A stretch of 64,000 nt of DNA, taken from Candidatus Latescibacterota bacterium. GTDB taxonomy: Bacteria > Latescibacterota > UBA2968. The stretch spans positions 2,560,001 to 2,624,000 of the forward strand of contig OZ220741.1 of the NCBI GenBank assembly GCA_965116885.1. Reading direction: 5' to 3'. This document shows, piece by piece, positions 57,427-64,000 of the stretch. The translations under genes and the position numbers were made by a program. The notes under the pieces are model-generated. The model was not told where the DNA came from, made no database searches, and saw only the letters and a list, made by a program, of their open reading frames with translations. The stretch's first letter is position 1, and each line of letters begins with the position of its first letter.

Positions 57427-58281
57427 CTAATTTTTCAATACAATGAGGATGCGCTGACCGACGAGCAGGGGGTCGGAAAAGGAGATGGTGAGGGTTTTGG
57501 CTTCTTTATCCTCGCTGAGTGTGTATTCTTTGTCTTTGCTCAGTTTGCCATGGTCGTCGCATACGGCGGCGAGTTCGCCCTGTACAGTAATGGTTTCTCC
57601 AATGGCAACTTTTTTAACGTCGGTGTTGTCAACGTCGGGGAAATTTATAATTTTGTAGTTTTTGCGAATCCTTCGCCAGGTATGGAGATACCCCTGTTCT
57701 TTCAGATTATCTTCGACGCCGACATAGACGAGGACTGAACTGATAATTTCCTCGGCATCCTTAAGGTCTTCTTTGGTGACCTGGAGGTCTTCTTTGGTAA
57801 CCTTAAGGTCTTCCTGGGTGACCTTAAGATCTTCCTGGGTAGCCTGAAGGTCCTTATGAGCTTTTTCGAGGGCTTCTGTTACGCGTTGAAGGCGATTGGT
57901 TTGCTCGAAGAGGCTGTTGCGGAGGCTGTCGCGTGCGGCTGCCACCTGTTCGAGATCACCTCTCAGAGTGGTGGTGAGACGCCGGTATTCTTTCATCTCA
58001 TTGGTAAGGCGGTGGAGGGTGGTCAGCAAAACTTTATTTGATGTGCTGGTACTATCCATTTGTGCACGCACAGAATCGATGCGGACATTTAGTCCCTCGA
58101 CCACCATATTTAGAGAGTCTATCAGTGCTTCATCGCGTTTGGCTTCTTCCTCTATTTGCATGACGTAGGGACTTTCTTTAATAATCTCCTCTTCGCTGGG
58201 CAAAAACGCGATGTACAAAAGAAGGGCTACTGCGATGGCTGCAATGCCAATTACCAGGATGATTTGCTTGTTGTTCTGCAT
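57427..58281 (-). CDS. Membrane-anchored coiled-coil protein with heptad tandem repeats
   Basis: N-terminal TM; long coiled coil; LQATQED-LKVTQED-LKVTKED-LQVTKED repeat. Confidence 0.75.
   Translation of the reverse strand: MQNNKQIILVIGIAAIAVALLLYIAFLPSEEEIIKESPYVMQIEEEAKRDEALIDSLNMVVEGLNVRIDSVRAQMDSTSTSNKVLLTTLHRLTNEMKEYRRLTTTLRGDLEQVAAARDSLRNSLFEQTNRLQRVTEALEKAHKDLQATQEDLKVTQEDLKVTKEDLQVTKEDLKDAEEIISSVLVYVGVEDNLKEQGYLHTWRRIRKNYKIINFPDVDNTDVKKVAIGETITVQGELAAVCDDHGKLSKDKEYTLSEDKEAKTLTISFSDPLLVGQRILIVLKN
57759..57853 (-). repeat. 21-bp coding tandem repeat (~4.5 copies)
   Basis: CCTTAAGGTCTTCTTTGGTGA-type units. Confidence 0.85.
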
Positions 58282-58406
58282 GAGTACCTCCCAAAAGAGA
58301 CGGTTGCAAGAAATGAGGGCTGTGGGTGTTGGAGAGCAAGGGACTTTTTATGGGGCTGTCCCTGCTCTGAATTATTTGCGTGGTGAAACTGTGTGGTCCT
58401 CCCTTT

Positions 58407-59834
58407 TTATGGTGTTATTACGGTTTCGCGGTTGGGAAACCCGCCGCCCAATGCGAGGTGTAGGTCAATGCGCGTCTGGAGTCGTTGCTGGCGCACAACG
58501 AGCAATTGACTTTCGGTGAGGTAAGCCGTGTTGCGTGTTTGAAGCACGGTCAACAGGTCTGTAAGCCCTCTGTAATATCTATCTTCTGCCAATCGACGTG
58601 CTTCCCGCGCCTGTTCAGCGGCGGTTTCTAACGCGGTCTGGCGTTTTGCCAGATGCGCTTCTGCTGAGAGTGCATTTTCAACTTCGCTATATGCTTGCAA
58701 AACGGTTTGGGCAAATAGTGCGGCGGCTTCGTTTTCTCTGGCACTGGCCAGGTCGATATTGCCCTGTATGCGCCCGCCCTGAAAGAGGGGTTGTGTGAGG
58801 TTGCCGATCAGGCTCCACACGCTGAAGTCTCCATTGAGCAGGTTGCCCAATGCATCGCTGCTGGTTCCGCTTGACGCAGTCAGGCTGATGCGCGGATAAC
58901 GCAGGCGTTTGGCGGCTTTGTGATTGGCCTGAGACGCGGCAAATTGGCGTTCAACGGCAATGAGGTCGGGGCGTCGGGAAATGAGATCTGCCGGGAGGCC
59001 CGCGGGTACTGAATGTGGTACCTGGGGAAGGTTTTCGGCAATGGCGAATGTGCCTGAGGGATAGCGACCGATGAGTACTTCGAGTTGGCGAATGGTCATT
59101 TCATAGCGTTGTTCACGCTGGTGCAGGCGGTCTTGCGATAACGCGAGTTCGGATTTGCTCTGGCGCATGTCGAGTGAGGGCCGCACCCCCCGTTCGTAGC
59201 GCGTGCGTACCTGTTCGTGGTTGGTGAGGCTGTTTTCATACGTCGCCTGCGCGAGTTCGAGTTGGCGCCTGGCTTCGATGGTGGCAAACCACGCTTTGGC
59301 GGTTTGTGCTGCCAGTGACATGCGCGCCCCCCGATACATAGCCTGTGTTGCCTGATAGGTGGCTTGTGCAGCCGCAGCACTTGCGCCAAGCCGCCCCCAG
59401 AGGTCGATTTCCCACGCGGCACTTATGGAAACGCCATAGGTGGTGCTGGTGTTTGAGATTACCTCTCCAGGTGCCTGCCCGGGAATGGGAAATCCAATGA
59501 AGTTTTGTTTGCGTCTCAATCCCGAGGAGCCCGCGCTGATTTGCGGGTATAGCGGTGCGCCGGCCATTTTGGCCTGTGCGCGTGCGGCTTTGAGACGCGC
59601 TGCAGCAGCGTGCAGGTTGTGGTTGTATGCGAGTGCTTGGGCGATTAAACTGTCGAGACGGCTATCGTTAAATGCCGCCCACCAGAGGGTATCGGCAGGT
59701 GTTGTTGCGGCGGTTTCTGTTTGATAAGTTTGAGGTGGCTGAACCTGGGATTGTTGAACGCGAGGCGCAGACGCACAGGCGGTTATAAGTGCAAAGCAGA
59801 GTGCAAAGAAGTGCCATGTTGTGTGGGTACTCAT
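58407..59834 (-). CDS. RND efflux outer-membrane lipoprotein (NodT/OprM family)
   Basis: Lipobox ITAC; WWAAFND; WEIDLWG; LISRRPD; PLFQGG; LALGGG. Confidence 0.93.
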   Translation of the reverse strand: MSTHTTWHFFALCFALITACASAPRVQQSQVQPPQTYQTETAATTPADTLWWAAFNDSRLDSLIAQALAYNHNLHAAAARLKAARAQAKMAGAPLYPQISAGSSGLRRKQNFIGFPIPGQAPGEVISNTSTTYGVSISAAWEIDLWGRLGASAAAAQATYQATQAMYRGARMSLAAQTAKAWFATIEARRQLELAQATYENSLTNHEQVRTRYERGVRPSLDMRQSKSELALSQDRLHQREQRYEMTIRQLEVLIGRYPSGTFAIAENLPQVPHSVPAGLPADLISRRPDLIAVERQFAASQANHKAAKRLRYPRISLTASSGTSSDALGNLLNGDFSVWSLIGNLTQPLFQGGRIQGNIDLASARENEAAALFAQTVLQAYSEVENALSAEAHLAKRQTALETAAEQAREARRLAEDRYYRGLTDLLTVLQTRNTAYLTESQLLVVRQQRLQTRIDLHLALGGGFPNRETVITP

Positions 59835-59919
59835 TCTCGATCTCCTGAAAGAAGCTGACTTTATCATAAAGAAACTTTTATTTTTGTCAATATATATCGC
59901 AATCAGAGAGGATTAGATT

Positions 59920-60870
59920 ATGGCGACGCATTGTTTTGAGGGTGTACTTGAGAGCACGTCGGTTAATATAGGATTGACACTGGGATCGGGACAAGTGTTT
60001 CGGTGGGGACGAGATGTCGATGGATGGTGGAAGGGTATTGCTTATGGCGTGGTTGTGCATCTGAGACAAATGGGAGATCAGATCGCGTATCGCGCATCGT
60101 CCGGGCAGGTGGCTACATACTGTGGTGAGATGGAGATTGATGATTTTTTGAGGTGGTATTTGAGACTGGATCACATGCCCCGGATCAGGGTGCAGCGCGA
60201 GGATACCTATTTGCGAAGGGCGAGGGATTTGTTGAAGGGGCTGCAATTTGTTCGCCAGGATCCATTCGAGTGTATTATTTCCTATGTTCTCTCGGTTCAA
60301 GCACATATGTCGTTGACCAAAAAACGGATCGGATTTGTTGCGCGAACTCTGGGTGAGAGACGCGTTTTTGAGGGCGAGATGTACTGGACATTCCCGGGTC
60401 CAGATGCACTATCTGAGTTGGATAGTGGATTTTACAGGCGCCACCGTTTTGGCTGGCGTTCGGAGCGGGTGGCTGAAACAGCGCGTTTTATCACCGAGTC
60501 AATACGCGATGGGGCGGCGGATCTGGATACCTGGCGGTGTGTTTCTGATGATTTGTACGCGCTGTCCGGCAGTGGCGTTGGTATTAAGGTGGCGCGGTGT
60601 ATTGATCTGTTCTCGCTGGATCGGCTCTATGCGGTTCCCGTTGATACCTGGGTGCGAAAATTTGCGCGAGAGTGGTATGGTGTAACGGGTTCAGACGCGA
60701 AGATATGCCAGTGGGGCGAGGCGCGATGGGGCAAGTGGGCGGGTTATTGCAATGAGTATTTGTTCGCGTATTATCGCGAGTTGTATGGGCCAACGCTGTA
60801 CGATCGGGTGCTTTCTTTTGATGCTTCTGGTGAAGCGTCAGCGGTGATGCCGTTTGAGGATGCGGGATGA
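59920..60870 (+). CDS. 8-oxoguanine DNA glycosylase (OGG1-like, HhH-GPD)
   Basis: TLGSGQVFRW; RQDPFECIISY; GVGIKVARC; PVDTW; AGY. Confidence 0.88.
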   Translation: MATHCFEGVLESTSVNIGLTLGSGQVFRWGRDVDGWWKGIAYGVVVHLRQMGDQIAYRASSGQVATYCGEMEIDDFLRWYLRLDHMPRIRVQREDTYLRRARDLLKGLQFVRQDPFECIISYVLSVQAHMSLTKKRIGFVARTLGERRVFEGEMYWTFPGPDALSELDSGFYRRHRFGWRSERVAETARFITESIRDGAADLDTWRCVSDDLYALSGSGVGIKVARCIDLFSLDRLYAVPVDTWVRKFAREWYGVTGSDAKICQWGEARWGKWAGYCNEYLFAYYRELYGPTLYDRVLSFDASGEASAVMPFEDAG

Positions 60871-60877
60871 TTGTTTT

Positions 60878-62149
60878 TTATTCTCTGTCGTATTTGGGGT
60901 TGCCAAAGCCGTCGTTGACGATGTGGGAACGCGCGGGAATTTCGGATTTGTCGGGGATGATGAGATCCAGTTCGGTGCTGTTTTCGACGATTGTGCCGTC
61001 GCCTACGCGCACGTGATCTCCCAGGATGATTTTTCCCGGGTTTCGAGAACCCGACCGCACGGTGCCGAGTACGACTGACGATGCGATTTGACAGCCCGTG
61101 CCCGTTTCGACATAGCCGTAGATGTCTGTGCCACTGCCAATCGTGGAGCGGTTGCCAATGACGACGGGACCGAGCAGGGTGGCGTCTGTGCCAATTTTTA
61201 CAAAATTGCCAATGGTGGGGTGTCGCTGCCGCGCTCTTTCTGTCAATCCGCCGAGTGTGCAGGGGTAGATGATGCACCCGTAGCCTATGATACCTGTTTG
61301 ACCAGTTGTAAGGCCGCGGTGTGGGTGTTCGAGAAAGTTGGCGTCTGCGATGGTGGTTTCCGGATGGATATCGGCTTGATAATAACGCCCGCCGAGTTCT
61401 GAGATGGCACGCGGCAAGAGGGGGATGGGCGTGCAGTCAAAATTTTCAACCTCGCCGGTTTGCGTGAGGGCATTGGCGATGTCGTGATAAAACAAGACGC
61501 GCCATCCGGGATACGCACTGGCGACGAGTTGCATCTGATATGAGAAGGCAGATTGCAGGTCTTTTTCGGCGAGAAATGTTTCGTAGAGATCAAAGGTGCG
61601 CGCTTCAATAGCTTTGTCAATGACGGGCGCAAATGTGAGGGCGGCGAGGTCGCTGTTATCCAGGTTGTGTAATTTGCGTAAATACGCATCCCACACGGCG
61701 GGGTCTTTGAGCGATGCAAAGCGGTTCCAGAGTGCGCGGGTTTTGAGCTGGGGCAGTCGAGAAATGAGCGCGAAGGCGGATTGTAGTGCCATGTCTTCTA
61801 TCGGGCCGTTTTCGCCCTGTGCAGCTTGAAGCGATTGGTAGATCATGGCGTAGAGCTGGTCGGCGATTTCTTCGATATTTTCTGTCAGGGTTGCCTGCGC
61901 GGCTTCAGACGCATTGTGGGAGCCGGGTGCGACGCATTCGAGCAGGTTGCCCAGTACGGTTTCGAGCAGATCGCGGTTGACAAAACCGCGTCCTGAACGC
62001 TGTGAGAGAATCGCGCGATTGATGGGGTCAATGCGAAGCGCAGCCAGTTCTTCTGCTGTGTAAATCGGTCGAATTTGTTCGATTACTTTTTCGAGAAGCG
62101 GGCGTTTGCGGTTTGCATACGCGGCGTCGAATAAGGTGGTGTTGTTCAA
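60878..62149 (-). CDS. Serine O-acetyltransferase-like hexapeptide protein with long N-terminal extension
   Basis: ADIHPETTI..FLEH; TLGG..RHPTIG; extra hexapeptide repeats at the C-terminus. Confidence 0.7.
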   Translation of the reverse strand: MNNTTLFDAAYANRKRPLLEKVIEQIRPIYTAEELAALRIDPINRAILSQRSGRGFVNRDLLETVLGNLLECVAPGSHNASEAAQATLTENIEEIADQLYAMIYQSLQAAQGENGPIEDMALQSAFALISRLPQLKTRALWNRFASLKDPAVWDAYLRKLHNLDNSDLAALTFAPVIDKAIEARTFDLYETFLAEKDLQSAFSYQMQLVASAYPGWRVLFYHDIANALTQTGEVENFDCTPIPLLPRAISELGGRYYQADIHPETTIADANFLEHPHRGLTTGQTGIIGYGCIIYPCTLGGLTERARQRHPTIGNFVKIGTDATLLGPVVIGNRSTIGSGTDIYGYVETGTGCQIASSVVLGTVRSGSRNPGKIILGDHVRVGDGTIVENSTELDLIIPDKSEIPARSHIVNDGFGNPKYDRE

Positions 62150-62176
62150 AAAAAATTCCTTTGTGATTCTGTTTGT

Positions 62177-62980
62177 TCAACTTCCGGTGGAGCGATAATG
62201 GCGCACGCCGATTTTCCATATCTGGAGGGCGATAATGAGAAATATAACGCAAATCAGGGGCGCGCTCCACTGTAAGGCGACGGGAAATCCCAGGGGGTCG
62301 CCTCGTTCGAGAATTGCCAGTGCCGGTAAGTAATTTACACACGCAAGGGGTACGATGTAAGTAAAAAATTTGCGAAACCAGATGCGGTAGATGGGTAAGG
62401 GATACTGTGCGGTCTCTACACCACCGTAAGTCATGGTGTTCATGAGTTCGAGAGATTCGGTGGTCCAAAACGCAATGGTGGCTTGAATGACCATGAGGCC
62501 GATGAAGAGGCAAGCACCTCCAAATATGGCGGTGAAGACGAGATAGATTTTTGGCACTGACCAGGCGATGTCGAGGGTGTAGCTTGCCCAGGAGAAGACT
62601 GCGATGCCCTGAAGCAGGCGACCGACGCGGCGGAGGGTGAGTTCATGGCCTGCGAGTTGCAGGGCGGTGCTGCGGGGACGAAGGAGGAGGCGGTCGAAGT
62701 CGCCGCTTTTGACCATGGTGCCGAATATGTCGAAGCCGCGCGAGGCAGCGTCGGCAAAAGCGAAGGAGATGTTGATGAGGCCGTAGAGAAAGGCTACTTC
62801 GGGGAGCGCCCAGCCCTGAATGTGTTTGAATCGCGCGAAGAGGGAGGCAATGGCGAGAAATTCGACGCCGGTTGTGAGGAAATGTCCAAAGGAGAGCATG
62901 ATGAATGACGCGCGATATTGCATTTGGCTGCGGACAGATTGGCTGAGATAGTGCATGTAGAGGCGAAGCGCGTTGGTCAT
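62177..62980 (-). CDS. ABC-2 type transporter permease
   Basis: MQYRASF; GDFDRLLLRP; YPLPIY; YRSTGS end. Confidence 0.9.
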   Translation of the reverse strand: MTNALRLYMHYLSQSVRSQMQYRASFIMLSFGHFLTTGVEFLAIASLFARFKHIQGWALPEVAFLYGLINISFAFADAASRGFDIFGTMVKSGDFDRLLLRPRSTALQLAGHELTLRRVGRLLQGIAVFSWASYTLDIAWSVPKIYLVFTAIFGGACLFIGLMVIQATIAFWTTESLELMNTMTYGGVETAQYPLPIYRIWFRKFFTYIVPLACVNYLPALAILERGDPLGFPVALQWSAPLICVIFLIIALQIWKIGVRHYRSTGS

Positions 62981-62984
62981 CGGA

Positions 62985-63828
62985 TTATCCTCCTTGCGCG
63001 ACGAGGCGGCGAATACCGCGGGTGAGGATGAGGTGTCCGGCTGTGATCAGCGCAATCAGATAGGCGATTTGAAACGGCAGGTGATACCAGATTTGTTCCG
63101 GTGAGATATGGCCCATGTAGAAGCGGAAGGGGATATCCATGAGATATCGAAATGGGAGGATGTTGATGGCTGTCTGTGCCCAGTCGGGGAAAAAGAGCAA
63201 GGGGATAATAATGCCGCTGAAGAGCCAGGTCAGACTGCTCAGGAGTACGCCCAGGCCCTCGCCAGATATGGTCCACAAGAGGGCAATGGTCAGGAGATTG
63301 GTGATGGCTGCGCTGATGAGGACGGCAAAGAGCATCGATACGAGCCAGGCACCTGTAGCCGGGATATTGGGGGGCATTTGCAGGTTGAAGAAAAGACTGG
63401 CTGTGATGAACATGGGGAGAGCGCGGAAGACACCGGGCGCGGTGCGTTGCGCTATGGCGCGGCTGTACCAGAAGAAATGAAGACAGGCTTGGCGCGGCTG
63501 CCGGGCGCACGAGTTCATAGACGACATTGCCCGAACGCACCATGGCGCGCACGTCGGGGTCGGCACCCTGGTAGGGGATGAGAACGAGAAATGCTTGGCC
63601 GAGCCATATATAGGTGATGACTTCATCGGCGGTCATGGGTTGGGGGGCGGTGGTTGATCTGTAGAAGGCTTCAAAGATCATGACGCGGATGAGGCCCCAG
63701 AAGAGTTGGGTGCCGAATCCCGCGAATGCCGCGGCGCGGTATTGCAAGAGGGTGCGAAATCTGGCGGAGAGGACGGCTATGTACGGTTTGATGGCCAGCG
63801 ATGATGTGAGGTTAGCGATTTTCGGCAT
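62985..63828 (-). pseudogene. ABC-2 type permease with a frameshift near 63490-63500
   Basis: N-terminal frame (LQYRAA...GNVVYELVRP) and C-terminal frame (FFWYSRAIA...VAQGG) are separate; an apparent 13-nt insertion joins them. Confidence 0.75.
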
Positions 63829-64000
63829 AGAGGCGTGAGATGATTTCTTCGATGGGGGTGTTTTCGACAAAGAGGTCGCGCACGGGGTGCTGCGCGGTGA
63901 TGCGGGCGATTAAATCGGCCGTGGCAATGCGGTCGGGATCAAATGTGACGCGGTCGGGGTCAAATGTGAGGTGTACGCGGTGTCCGTCGCGCAATACGAC
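63812..64000 (-). CDS. C-terminus of an ABC transporter ATP-binding protein (partial)
   Basis: ...PVRDLFVENTPIEEIISRLY* is typical of ABC-2 ATPase C-termini; precedes two permeases. Confidence 0.75.
   Translation of the reverse strand, partial: VVLRDGHRVHLTFDPDRVTFDPDRIATADLIARITAQHPVRDLFVENTPIEEIISRLYAENR

Overview
Bacterial chromosomal window, most likely from an FCB-related organism (Latescibacterota/Gemmatimonadota-like). This is inferred from a dockerin-like DFDGSGTVDFPDF repeat, HmuY, a PorX/PglZ-tsaE pair and a long IspG. It contains: (i) catabolic genes (sulfatase, Gfo/Idh/MocA oxidoreductases, sugar isomerase, UxuA-like, TPP enzyme); (ii) a sigma-70 paralogue behind a ~300-nt structured region with repeated GGGGA/UCCCC loops; (iii) a ~15-kb iron island with two divergent ferritins, a heme-uptake operon (TonB receptor, dockerin-fused HmuY, IsdG-like monooxygenase, HmuTUV), a porin/imelysin/di-heme module and a porin/FMN-binding/PepSY module; (iv) sucAB-lpdA, an ABC-F gene behind an attenuator-like leader, HU/IHF, tRNA(CAT), dnaG-ispG-cvpA-rpsU and HK-PorX-tsaE; (v) a defence hotspot (NYN RNase with a 51-52-bp palindromic tandem array, DUF5131, C5 MTase plus GHKL-nuclease, HNH nuclease, gene relics); (vi) efflux, repair and ABC-2 genes. 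The most striking unannotated signal is three ~80-90-nt two-hairpin elements ending in terminators on the + strand. Each lies antisense in the leader of one iron-uptake module, and two have near-consensus sigma-70 promoters, so they are a candidate family of iron-locus small RNAs. All calls come from reading motifs by eye; no database searches were run.
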